Part shown: positions 12,751 to 24,960 of the stretch, one piece after another
How positions within the stretch are numbered: the first letter of the stretch is position 1
How the letters are laid out: every line of letters starts with the position of its first letter
From: Patellaria atrata CBS 101060
Lineage: Eukaryota
NCBI GenBank assembly: GCA_010093705.1
Contig: MU006096.1
Coordinates: 580,004-644,003, forward strand
DNA length: 64,000 bases
Reading direction: 5' to 3'
The notes under the pieces: generated by a model
Database searches by the model: none
Told to the model about the DNA's origin: nothing
What the model saw: the letters and a program-made list of their open reading frames with translations, nothing else
Position numbers and translations under genes: made by a program

Positions 12751-13418
12751 AAATAATTCTGGAAGCTTGATTATGACACTATCAGGTTCACGAATTCAAG
12801 GGGTGAGTGCGTGAACAAGATTGCTGCGAGGGGATTCGACTTACCACCTAATTGTAGGTGTTGTCTTACCTATTGAAGCAGTACAGCATGGTCTAAACCC
12901 CTTAAAAATATGATCGATACTTGTATATTAGCTGAGCGTTACGAATACTCAATACACACTTTTGGCCATCAATTCTTTCTTCTCTTTAGGCGTACTTTTA
13001 GCTTACTGTACGATTTTTCTTTAGAAACGGCGTCCAACCCCTCTGTTCTCTCTGAGGAAGGAGGAAGACTATATAATAACATAAATGTTACTTCTCAAGT
13101 GCTCACGACATTTCAGATTCGAAGTTGTGAGGTGAGTATGATGGAGGTGTATCGTAGAGCGGGCGTGACAACCGTGATAAGGGAAGAGAATATCAATCGG
13201 GCCTACCTTTACATTAAAGGTAATAGTACCTTAAGTCATTGTATTTTTCGAACTGCTCCTTCGTCACCTTTCGAGATGAGAGCGAGGCTTAGGGCATCTT
13301 GTCGAGTAAACATTTCTCAAGCGAACACCCTAGGCTTCATTGCATTCTCATCTCCGCCCGCTTGTCACTTCACCCAATATTCCACATCTCTAACTCATCC
13401 CGTCCGGTATCATTATTC

Positions 13419-14928
13419 ATGAAGTCCCTTGAGAAAATTCCTTTAACGATTTTACTTGCTCTTCCGTTCTTCATTGGAAAGGCATGCTCTTTCCCGAGCC
13501 CATACTGGGACCAACTCTTACAATCGGACCCTGAGTCAGCACTGGAATTAGATTCTGATGGAGAGCCTTATTTCGATTAGTGAACAATTGCCCCTTCCAC
13601 AAAACTGGTCTACTCTCCTTGCTATGAAGATTTTTAGTGTGCGCGTCTCTATCTCCCGCTAAATTGGCAAAATCCATCCCTTTCGAAAAATGTCTCAATT
13701 GCAGTGATAAGGTTACCTGCAAAAGTTCCTGAAAATGATCCGCATCACGGGGGAAGTGTTATCACAAATGAGTGTGGTCCGGGAGGTTCAGAGGTGGAAT
13801 TCACAGTCAAATTTGGGAAACGCTTGCAGAAGATATCTGATAGCGAGAAAAGCTACGAGATTCTGAGTTTCGATCCAAGGGGTGTATTTCAAAGTACACC
13901 GAACGCAAGGTGTTTTATGGACGCTACTAAGCTACTACGATGGAGAGAAGAAACCAACCATCTTATGAGGAACGTCCTCTCTGATCAATCTTTTGAAATG
14001 CTCTATGCTGCTTCGCAGGCCACTATACTAGCTTGTGCGGAAAAGCTGATCGCAGGCTACCCGAACGATAACATCTGAAGACATACCTCCACCGCAAATG
14101 TGGCTAGGGACATGTTGAGAATTGGGTTTCAAGCTGAACAGTTGAAGAGAGGGAATACGTGACAAAATTTTCAATACGGAAAACATGAGTACCATTCGTC
14201 GCCAACTACTAAGATTCATTATCATGGGGTATCGTACGGCACTTTTCTCGGGGCAATGGTCGCAACCCTTTTCCCGATGAATATCAATCGTATGATCCTT
14301 GACTCTAATGTTGACCCCGACGGGTACATTGGTAGTCTCCCATTAAATTCCAACCTAGACGGATTTCCTGGTCTTCTTGACTATGTTTACGAACGCTGCT
14401 ATATAGGTCGTGAGGTTTGTAAGTTTTTCCGCCCTACAGACTCATCCCCCTTCTTCTACTCTGGATATGGATGATGTCCATATGCTAATTCGATGTGCCG
14501 ACTGCCCAATCTTTAATCTTTCTTTATCTTCAATCAAGGAATTCTTCTACCTTGACTACCAGGTATCTCCTATCCACGCACTTGGGCATGTACAAGAAGA
14601 TTTACAGCGGCTTACACTCCCATTATCACTGGCGCCGCTTCACAACCACACAGGCCCCTTTGGAAGTAATACATCAACTTCGATCTTGTTATTGAATAAT
14701 GAGCTTGATCCTGTATGTCCACTTCAGAATGCGGAAAGGTTGAGGGTCTTGTTTCCGGGTAGTAGACTTCTGATACAAGAGACAGCAGGTCATGGGGTAG
14801 TAACTGATCCTAGTACCGGCGAGTGTATCTTCAAACTAGTCAGTGAGTATATGAACAAAGGCACTGTACCGGAAAAGCCGGTTATGTGTCGACTAGTGTG
14901 CGAAGTATTTGCAAAAAACTGTAGTTAG
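13419..14928 (+). pseudogene. Decayed secreted TAP-like (tripeptidyl-aminopeptidase-type) alpha/beta hydrolase
   Basis: Signal-peptide-like start. Motifs 'C..F*CARL.LPL', 'GPGGS', 'SFDPRGV', 'T.NVARDM', nucleophile 'GVSYG', 'DPVCPL.NA', 'AGHG'. In-frame stops at 13635-13637 (TAG), 14076-14078 (TGA) and 14160-14162 (TGA), plus a frame change near 14445. Confidence 0.8.
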
Positions 14929-15324
14929 ATGAAAAAGAAAAACCAGCAAAAATTTGGCAAACTCCACAAATTATGGTGGTAGGATTGTCATGAATGAATG
15001 TTGAAGGAAGTTGAAAGTATACTTGTCCTCGATAGACTAATTCTCAGCCTGCATTCTTGATATTCAAACCCAAAGCTGTTCTTCCAGTTCCACCTTTATG
15101 GCTGTAGTCGCGATGCCAAGATCCATCTACAGGCAGTGACGTTGCCGGCCCTCCTAGTCACTAGAACCTCACTCTAAGGCTGTACAAAGAGTATCCTGTA
15201 AGCCATCCAGCAGTGCTGCAGATATTATTATTACTGTCAAATAGAACAAGCGGAGAGACACCTAGTAGCAGTCGCTCTTTACCACAATCTTCCAGTCATT
15301 GTTGCTCCCTCCTCCATACCCCTA

Positions 15325-16171
15325 ATGGCGTCCTCCTCAAGCTCAACTCCACTCTTATAGTACGCCGAGTGCAAAGTCCGAACCATCAATCATCAATCTC
15401 ACTGACTCTGTTGTAGTTCTTGCATAGCATACAACTCTACCATCCTAACGGAACACACCGCGTCCGCCTCCTCTCAAACGTCATCTCTCGCCTCCATCAT
15501 TCTCCCGAAGCTATCGCACTCAGAACCTCAAAAGCTAACCTACACTCATCAAGGCCATTACGTCCATTACATCGCCTCCGCTCCTTCAGAATATCCTTCT
15601 TCTCCCTCCGCGGGTGGCCTGACGTATCTTGTCATCGCTAGGTCCGAACTAGGCCGCCGTATACCGTTCGGCTTCCTCGTCGAGATCAAAAAGCAATTTC
15701 TAGCAGCATATGAGCCTTCAAAGACTGATTTCGGCGATCTACCTCCTTATGGTGCTGCCGCTTTTAACTCAACCTTGAAGAGGTTGATGGTGGAATTGGG
15801 AACAACGGAGGAGGGGAAGAATGACGCCCTCAAGAATGTTCAAAATGAGATCGCGGGTGTGAGAGAAATTATGACGGAGAATATCGAGCGGGTGTTGGAA
15901 AGAGGGGAAAGGATAGATTTGTTGGTTGATAAGACCGATAGACTTGGAGGTAGTGCGCGTGATTTTAGGGTGAGGAGTCGTGGTTTAAGGAGAAGGATGT
16001 GGTGGAAAAACGTCAAGTTAATGGCGTTGCTGGTAGTTGTGGTCATCTTCCTGATCTATCTCTTCGTAGGATTCGGATGTGGTCTTCCTGGTAAGTTACT
16101 ACCCTTTTTCTCGACAACAATGTGGTTCAGCTAATAGGCGTTTAGGTTGGGGAAGATGCATTCATCACTAG
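15325..16171 (+). CDS. Longin-domain R-SNARE (VAMP7/Nyv1-like synaptobrevin)
   Basis: Exons 15325-15359, 15417-16090 and 16146-16171. Longin 'GRRIPFGFL.EIK..F', synaptobrevin 'IMTENIERVLERGERIDLLVDKTD.L', 'RRMWWKN' followed by a C-terminal TM. Confidence 0.9.
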
Positions 16172-16613
16172 TGCGCCAATTTGTAAATTATTGTTTTCAG
16201 TACTCGATGCGAGGTCACTGGCGTTGGCGAACATACAGCTTCGAGGCACCTTGCATTGTACAGTTATCCCACTTTTGTACAAAGAGACGAAATTCAATTT
16301 ACCACTATATTTGAGTACCGATAACATTTCGTTCAAGGGTAGTGTGTTTTTCTCATTTATACATCCTTGTGGTTTAGACTTTCAGATTCGCATCAGGAAA
16401 CCTAATATGGACAGTTCTGTAAAAGGGTTATTCCCCTTGGAAGCCGGAGTTATATTGGAATTTCTTCAACCATGATAGAGAAAGAGAGGAAAAACGCAAA
16501 GATTCCATTCAAACAGCTATATGCCTCAGGACCTTCTCCACACCACCGATTCTACGCCAGTTTTCTTCAAGTAACAAATTTTCCATCTTGGTCCAACCCT
16601 CCCCTCTCTCGTC

Positions 16614-17761
16614 TCACGCATCCCACACCGTCACCGTCCTATCCCTACAGACCCCATCACAAGGATCGCAGCTATCCCAAGCCGTCACCGTCGTTGTCTC
16701 TGTCAGTGGACACCCTTCCCGCGGTCCCGGCACCGTCAGCGTCGACGGCGCCACGCACAGCACGTCGGGGCAGTGGATCAGCGTCGGCTTCTGCGTGATT
16801 GCTGGCGGCGCCGGAGTCGGGCAGGGCGGGTGCAGGTACGTGGTTGTGGTGAAGGAGAAGCAAGAGATAGGCGGATAGCGCGTCCGGGGCTCGACGGGGA
16901 GGGTGAGGAAGGTCGGCGGCGGGAGGGTTAGGAAGGTTGGGATTGGTTTTGTGGGGAGCGGGGGAAGCGTGAATGTGACGGTTCCTGGGAGACTGGGTGT
17001 CGAGAGGGTGGGAGTGGGCTTTTTGGAGGAGATGGTGTGAACCGGTACGGAAGAAGAGCTCTTTTTGGTTGATGTTGAGGTCTTCTTTGAGGATGTGTAC
17101 TTGGATTTGGTTGGGAGCGTGGGATGGATTACCGTGGGGAGAGTAAGGAAGGTCGGGGGTGGGAGGGTCGGTGCGGTTGGTGTGGGAGATGGATCACCCC
17201 ATGTTACGCAGGTTGTGGGTGAAGGGGGAAGTCCGGCGGATGAAGAGCTGGCTTTGGAAGATGTGGATAGAGGAGACGCTTCCCGAGGAGGAAGTGCGGT
17301 GTTGAATGGGCCGTCGGTGATGATCGGAACGGGGAGACAGAGGGACGGGGCCGGAACAGTCTCCGTAGAGGTGAAGGTGAAGCATCCCGTGGGGCATTTC
17401 TTAGGGCAATCTTCGGTGAACGTTACCGTTGGCGTAGTGGGACAAGCTACATGGTGTTAGGGCGGGATAAGGAAGGGCAAAGGTGAATGGAAGGGGTGCT
17501 TAGGGATCGGTATACCTCTATTCTTTCCAGGTATGGTGGTTGTTGTCAAGTAAGCGCACATGGGTCTGACGCATGGTTTGGTGAAGAATTCCTGACATGT
17601 CGGGGTGACGAATTCGGTAGCAGTGTAGCAGTCGCATTTTGGAATGGCTAGGGTGTAGCTAGAGAATATCAGATGAAGACGCTCACTCTATATCAGGTTG
17701 CTTCAAGTATCTACCTGGAGAAGAGAAGTGCTACTAGGGCAAGGGAGTTGGCGGATACCAT
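16614..17761 (-). CDS. Orphan secreted Cys/Thr/Pro-rich protein, 340 aa, with two Cys-rich domains and a mucin-like linker (missed by the ORF track)
   Basis: Exons 17761-17715, 17658-17516 and 17446-16614 total 1023 nt, open and in frame, with GT-AG introns. Starts MVSANSLALVALLFSSYTLA (signal peptide-like). Confidence 0.8.
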
Positions 17762-18806
17762 CTTGTAAGGTAGGATCTCACTATTACCAGTGTGAAGGAT
17801 TTGATATGATGGTGTTAGACAGTGGCAAGAGTTCACATTTTAGAGGAAGTTCTTCGATTAAAGCTAACAGTTTTCTACATCTACTATACAGAGTTCGTAT
17901 ACGTTTCTCTAAAGACTTATTCATTAGTCCGTCTCATCAGACGAAGGTATAAAAATCTCTGTACTCTACAACCTCCGCAGAAATCCGCCGCTCGCTCGCA
18001 TGCATCCGACGGTTGTATGCCCATTTTGATATGATCACGGGCCGTGCTGAATATGCTTTAAGCTTCCTTTATAGAACATTCGAGTGCCGTATTGTTGAGG
18101 ACAAGAATCTAGAAGATCGTTCAATTTCCACAATATCGTAGTGGACAGCGGGGTTTCGAAGTTTTAATATACAATATACAAAGCTACCCGACTTAGTTAG
18201 GCTGGTAGATTGCCCTTGGTTAGCAACAAGCTCAAGGGTTTAGAAGTGAAAGATCCTATAAATAGAAACCCGAGTTGCCCAAGATAGGGGACTGTCCAGT
18301 CGGAATACAGGCTAAAAGCTGAAAATTGATAAGGCAGGGATTGGACATTGGAAAAACCTGGGAATATAAAAAGCTTGGCTGAACGCCCGAATACGAGGAC
18401 TGGGCTCTCGGTGGAATGAATGTTTGAGTACAATATTCAGGGTGTTCGCTCTTCTTGCCCAGGACTGTACAGACGGACATGTAATGTTCATGGATTGTTA
18501 GAACATGACCATCACGGCTAGCACATGATAGAATAACGGTACTGCATAGTGAAGCGAGAGCGTTTATTCTAGCCCTATCACATCTCGTCAATGTACGTCG
18601 CTGTACATTTACTGTACGAGTAATGAGTACGGCATAGTGTGACTTTACGTCCGCACTTAGACAAGCCATGCAATTAGGTCAGGGATCACTCCAAGATTTT
18701 ACCATACAGGAAGCTAAAACTGAATTACAGTGGATAGAACTCATAGAAGAGTATCTAACGCCATGTCATGTGAGACCGTTCCGTATCTGAACGCCAGACC
18801 TATCGC

Positions 18807-19430
18807 TCAAGCCAACGTGATCGTAGGCCTCCTCTTTGTAGTACTGCAAGGTAGCGTAGCAGTCACGTAGCTTGTTGACCCACAGCTAGTCGGGCACGCA
18901 GTCGGGCATGCTGCGAAGCTCGTGTCTGTGACTGTCCTGGTACAGCACGGATCGGTGGTGCTATGACACGTTGTTGTTCGCGTCCTGATCTCGATGCAAG
19001 CAAGCGTAATGCAGGTTGCGGTGTTGAAAGAGCAGGTCGTCCAGGGCGGAGGCGTATCAATTTCCGTGTACCAGCTCGGGCAGCTACGGGGCAGAGTGGC
19101 TGTCGTAGGGACGGTTTTGACGACTGAGGTCGTGATGACAGTCGTGTACCGTTTAGTGATTGTGGTCAATGAGATGGTGGTGAACGGAGTGCTCGCTGGG
19201 CAAGTTGGAGTGTATGGAGGAATGGTAGGGGCGCTGGTTAAGTATTAGATAGAAGCTATTTCATGATAGAAGCTTGTATACCTAGGGGTAATAGCATCAG
19301 GCTCTGGAAGTGCTAGCACAGTATTTCTGATTACGTTAGTAGCAACTCGCTATTCTGTAGTGCTCTATAGGGAAAATACATACGCAACGCTCAAAAGAGC
19401 AGCGGCGAGAAGACTGAATCCGACATGCAT
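18807..19430 (-). CDS. Orphan small secreted Cys/Thr-rich protein, 172 aa
   Basis: Exons 19430-19384, 19326-19282 and 19233-18807 total 519 nt in frame. Signal peptide MHVGFSLLAAALLSVANTVLA, then a Cys-rich domain 'CITLAC..DPCC..CPTACPTSC'. Confidence 0.82.
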
Positions 19431-20821
19431 GTTGCGGATACGTTGAACAGTGTGGTGTACAATGAACGAGCGTGTGGTTGTTTACACGTCAGAAGCAATA
19501 AGAGAGTATCTCTCAGTCGGATTATGAGCTTATATATTATTCAAGTTCGTATTTTAGCATAGAGTGCAACAAGGAAAGGGATCGGTTGCTCTACGCTCTG
19601 CATTGCCCAGAGGTGCCATCTCCGACTGTGACGACAGAAAATAACGAGTAATTCCAATGGCTGGCCACCAGACCATGCTATGTTCCGATAGAAGCGGTGA
19701 TCGGATTTTGGTATGAAAGAATTGTGCGTGCAAAGACCTTCCGCCGCATTGTGATACGGCTCCTGAAGTTGTAGATGAGCAAATCTAACGTCCCAGCGAT
19801 TCCGTATACGAGAAGTTTTCTCTTCCAAGCATGCGCCGACAGTGCCGTTAGAGAGATCAGGTTACGGATTGAGAAGAAAAGTCCCAGGTACGAAGTGGAT
19901 CAATCATTTCTTTTCGCATTATTCGGTTTAAGAACTCTAGTAATAAAATCCTGTTACGAGTATTCGCTGGCTCAAGTCTAGTTCCATAGCCCTTGGAGAT
20001 CGACCTCGGCCTTCCGAAAATAGAATATGCGGCTCGGCATGTGTGCATTCCGCCGGAAGTCGGTCCAGATGAGACAATTACATGACGTGTGGTCCTAAAG
20101 TATACATTGTTGTTTATACGGTAGGTAGGTACATATAGAGATTTTAACCTTATCAAAACAACTTAAATAATTTAGGAATTAGTTAGAGGTGTAGTCCCCA
20201 ATTGATTTCGAGTACAATCACCGTGGAATGTGTTCTAATTTCATTCCTCTTTTCTTTGGTGATATACTTCCACTTGAAACCGTAGAACCGTGGCCGCATT
20301 TTAAGCTATATCATAGATCGACCAGAAGTAGAGCGTCGCATGGTTGAGTCGGTATATAAGATAGTACAATAGTATCTGTGGCTTCCGCATGTGTTTTTAA
20401 TTGGCGTTGGACAAATGGAACTAGGGTCACACCACTCGTATTCCTTCGAATGTTCTGAAGCCAAGCAAAGTGAACTTGAATTTTGGCACACATTGGCGTT
20501 CAATACGAAGTAGTATTTACGGCCATTGTGTACCTACCAAAGCTGAGCGATGTTAGCCAGACGGAGGACTAGAGAACGTTGGTGACATGTCCTACCTACA
20601 ATTCTAGAGTCAATCTGATCGCATAGATTGTAACGCTCCGTTGAAAAGGGTTGTATATGCTCTAAAGCTGTGCTTAGTCTTTTGATCGAATCTATAAATG
20701 GGTGATAAAGTTCAATCGATCCATTTGTCGATAATGTTGCGATGTTCCAGTAGGGAGCGCCATAGTATTTTTAACATGCTCTTCAAGAATACTATACAGT
20801 TTATACAGATATCTGTTAACG

Positions 20822-21470
20822 CTATCCTGCCTTTGGTTTCTTTGTCCCATACTTGGATCTCGAGGTGATCCGATTCCCCACACCTCCCTATTCTGGTATT
20901 AGCATATGATTATAGAACACTGCACTGGAAGGTGCTCACCAAATCCAATGCTCCCCTTACAAGGTGATATTTCACACCAGGGCAATCTTGCGATCTTCCC
21001 CCTCTCACCATTACTACCGAATGTTGCTGCACGTTGTGTCCTATGGATTACCATTAACCACATTTCCAATCTCTTTCTACTTCGTCATCTCGATATTAGG
21101 ACTACGCACCTTCACCTGGAATATATGCTGTAATTACTGTCCCTGAACTTAATCTTACTCTTGCAATCTTCCGCTCCCCAGAATTCGGCTTCTTTGGCTT
21201 CGTAATCCCAACTTTCAAACAGACGCCCTTCATTTCTGGTCGGTAGGCCAACGCGGGAGACGTTGCTCTCCGTGCTTTTTGACCTACTCTACAACCTCGC
21301 AGGACTTGCATGTAGGTTGCATTTATCTGGGAAGTAGAGGTAAAAGTTCGGCGAGGAGTGTTTTCTAACCGTGTAGGTCGGGGAGGTATGGTGAGCCGAT
21401 GGGGCCGCGCTTTAGATATACTAACGCAAGGCGACGGTCTCAAGAGACGACCGAGGAATGTGAAAGGCAT
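20822..21470 (-). CDS. MRPS12: Mitochondrial ribosomal protein uS12m
   Basis: Arg/Ser/Thr-rich presequence, '[18 protein letters not shown]', '[14 protein letters not shown]', '[15 protein letters not shown]', '[11 protein letters not shown]'. Two introns. Confidence 0.95.
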
Positions 21471-21797
21471 TGCTTAGAGACCTGGGTGATGGAGGAGATG
21501 AGATTGATATCTGTAGACTTCCCGCGATATCTGAAAAGTCGCGCCAAGCTATGGACTTTAGTACGGGAGAGCACATCTACCTTAAATGCAAGTTAGGGGA
21601 CCCTTCTGTATGTGCCTCCTTTCCCGCAGACTACCACCGTACATCTCATCATTTCACTTTATATCTTTGTAGTAGATTCTATAACTTCTTCGCCTTTCCA
21701 TATATCTTATTATGAGCTCTAGTATCTATGTCTATATGAATGTATTATGATAGAACTAAGCTTTTGGTCCTTACCTATGCAGAGGTACTGCAAATAT

Positions 21798-23156
21798 CTA
21801 CATATCAACGCCGGCTTGTCCAGCTTTGAATAACCTATGACCCTCTGCTGCTGCATCTTTGACACTGATATCTCCGTTACTATCGGCCATTAATTTCAGA
21901 AGTTCTATACCGTACTCATGTATACTTACTAGATTTGCTTGACTTTTTCGAGAATTGATTTCCAGTTTTCGAAAAGGGTGAAAGGGATGTCCTCCCGCAC
22001 ACAGTACGTGATTAAATCTGAAGATAAAATAAGTTGATGTGCTAATGTGCGTTGTAGATATCATCCCTTACCCTCCCCTTTCTTTGCGAAGAGAAGGTCG
22101 GTTTCACGCGCAGCTGAAACATCCGACACTCCATCACCAGCATAGAACATGACTGGGCGTTCGCTTTCGGGGAGTTCAGCATATGGCCGCAGCGTGAGAG
22201 ACTTATCATGACCATGCTCACTGGTATCAAACTTTAGCTTCATACTCTCAACTGCTATCAAATATTTCATATACCTTTCATCACGAAATGTGATCGTCCA
22301 CCCTCCTTCTTCATCAATAGTCTTTCCAGGTCGAGCAGCAACATTATTCCCCACCACCTGTAGTTTGTCAAAGTCAGATCCTACCAGCTTCTCTAACAGT
22401 GCTTTGACAATGGGTTCCATTCCTCCTGTAAGGACAACTACAGGTACGTTGTTTCCTAGAGCCCATTTATAAAACTCGTTGAAGTGAGGATCAAGTTTGA
22501 TATTCTGGACAAGGAATTCAATACATTCCGAGTAAGGTCTCGTAACACTATCCATCATGTCTTTGAAGGAATCACTAGTGATATATTAGATCGCCAGTCG
22601 GCATTCAGCCTGTCAAAGATAATGTCATACCGGAAAGTAATATTTCCTTCAAGAGTATCTTTATTGCCTTGTTTCCGCTTTGCTTCACCATATCCAATAT
22701 TATCGGTCTAATATATCATGAATTCATAGTCCTAATTGACTATTTTTTCTGCGCACCTTACCATATAGTTATTGCCTACATATAGTTTAGCCTTTGCAAT
22801 TATATCGTATTGTGCCGATAGAGAATCTCGGCAGCAAAAGGGGTGGTTCAAGTTTAGATATTTATTGTCATCTCAACAAGTACATTGTTTTTATTTTATT
22901 TCAGTTTTTGGGAGAGATGCTAAGGGGGTTTGCGAGCATGAATGATATGATACAAATTGAGAGTTTGAGGCAGGGCTAGTTGTTTGCAAGTAAAGAAAAA
23001 GCCATCGTATCAGGTAGAAATATGAAAGGGATTATAGCTGGAGAGGTATATAAGGGAGTATAACTGACTATCTTGTAATGTGATTGTCCCATCAAAATCA
23101 GTAAAGAATATGAATTTTGGTTTCATTCTCATAACAGGAACTTTAGAGTAATCCAT
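21798..23156 (-). CDS. HAD-superfamily phosphatase (MtnX-like; resembles yeast YNL010W/PYP1 polyol-phosphate phosphatase)
   Basis: Motif I 'FFTDFDGTITLQDS', 'GHDKS', motif IV 'YAGDGVSDVSAA', 'LLFAK'. Multi-exon gene including a 14-nt exon (22775-22762). Confidence 0.85.
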
Positions 23157-23431
23157 TGTGCAAAATATTAGTCGAATTAGACTAGTGAAGCAAAATCAGA
23201 CGAGGCAAAGAAGAAAAACTGTTTGGAACAAAGTTAATGTACTTTGATCTCGTCGAGGAAAATAATTTTTGGTCGCCGGTGTACTTCATACTGTACAGTA
23301 AAATGAACGGGACAGAGGGAAACTCGTTGGCCCGAGCTCCACTCTGAACTTCACCTTGTTCACAACCAACTCATTCGGGGTCTCTATTAACAATTGATTG
23401 GCGCTATTCGCTGGGAACTCACCCTCAAGCA

Positions 23432-24960
23432 ATGAGGACATTGAGTCACCATGGTAGTCGCACTGTATTTGAATACCTTACCTTGACCTTGCAACTCCAG
23501 TCGGCTCTCCCCCCGTCAAGAACGGTTCTCAAGTGCGTTCCGTCGTCGATAGGTCTTCGATGCCAGACCCGAACCTACTATAGATCATCTATTCCCAACA
23601 ATAGATTCCTACAGAAAGACCTGAAGCTTTGGAATTCCAAACTCACACGAACTTTCGTTTCTCCACCATCCAAGGATGGAGTGGGATCCTCCTCTGCTCA
23701 GGGATCAACAGACGGGGCGGTCCAAACCCAGAGTCACATAAAACAGCACAAAAGTCAAGCCGGCCAACATGAACAAGGGCTCTCTAATAAAGACTTACCG
23801 TCACATCGGGAGGGACAAAGATGGAACTATTTCAAGAGATTTTCAGTTATAATGGAGAACCTCCAGGCGAAGCTTGCCATTGCCAGCCAACGTGTGAACA
23901 ATTATACCGGTACTGATTACTCTGGTATTGAAGCATTGCGACAATCTATCAAGGATCAAGGTCAGACTGCGATATTATCATGTCCCGCGGAAACATTAGC
24001 TAACATTACTCTCGCACAGAGGAATTGGTTAGGTCACGTCATGCGGCAGTCGATTCGGCAAAGGATGAGTTGGAATCGGCTCATACTCAAAGAGGTGCAT
24101 CGCAGAAAGAGGTCGTTGGTCTTCTAGAACGGAAACATTCTTGGTCTGCCACGGACTTGGAGCGATATATGTCGTTGATAAGATCGGAACATGTCAATGA
24201 CCAAGCAGTCCAAGCTGCGAAGGACAACGTAGCGTCAGCGGAACGCTTACTAGAAGAAGCAAGAACCCAATTAGAAAAGATGGAACGCGCACAGTATCAT
24301 GAAGAGCAAATTTGGAGCGATACCATCCGGCGAAACAGCACTTGGGTGACCTTTGGCCTTATGGGTTTCAACATATTCCTTCTCTTAGCTTCCCTTGCCA
24401 TAATCGAGCCATGGCGGCGGCGACGGCTAGTAAAAGAGATCCGTAGCGCTTTGGACGAAAAGGCAAACATGCATGTAATACATGCACCCCCTGCTGCGGC
24501 ATCTGCTGCTGTAACACGGACCATAAACGAAATAGATGATGAAATCGACTCTGTTGTAGAGCCTACAGATACGAAACTAGAAACCTTGGAGGCGGAATCA
24601 CCCTACCCGTCTGCAGACTTTGTTCCGACACTTTCAAGCGAAACACCAAAAGAAACAACATTCGCCAAACCTCCCAGTGCCGTCAACGAACCACTACGTC
24701 ACGAGAAAACTATGGACTCGGAAACTACAACCGATGTTGAGCAAATCGCCACAGAACATAGGATCACGTTTGGCCTTACTTCGAATCAGAAGAACAGCCA
24801 AATTCTGAAGGCATATTGGGATGATCTGTTTAGCGAGAGACTCGTTTCTATGCCAAAATCCGAACTTACGACCCATATCCTACAGGGGGTTGCCACGGGT
24901 GTTATGATAGGCGCAGCCATTACAGGTGGTTTGATCGTTATTCTCGCAAGGTCAAATTGA
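23432..24960 (+). CDS. SHE9: Mitochondrial inner-membrane protein SHE9/MDM33
   Basis: 'TDYSGIEALR..I', 'SQKEVVGLLERKHSWS.TDLERY', 'YHEEQIWSDTIRRNSTWVTFGLMG.N', 'EPWRRRRLV'. Intron 23961-24019. Confidence 0.92.

Noticed and set aside
12910..13422. 170-aa ORF after PAT1
   Set aside because: No domain or coding-like composition; it lies over probable UTR and promoter sequence.
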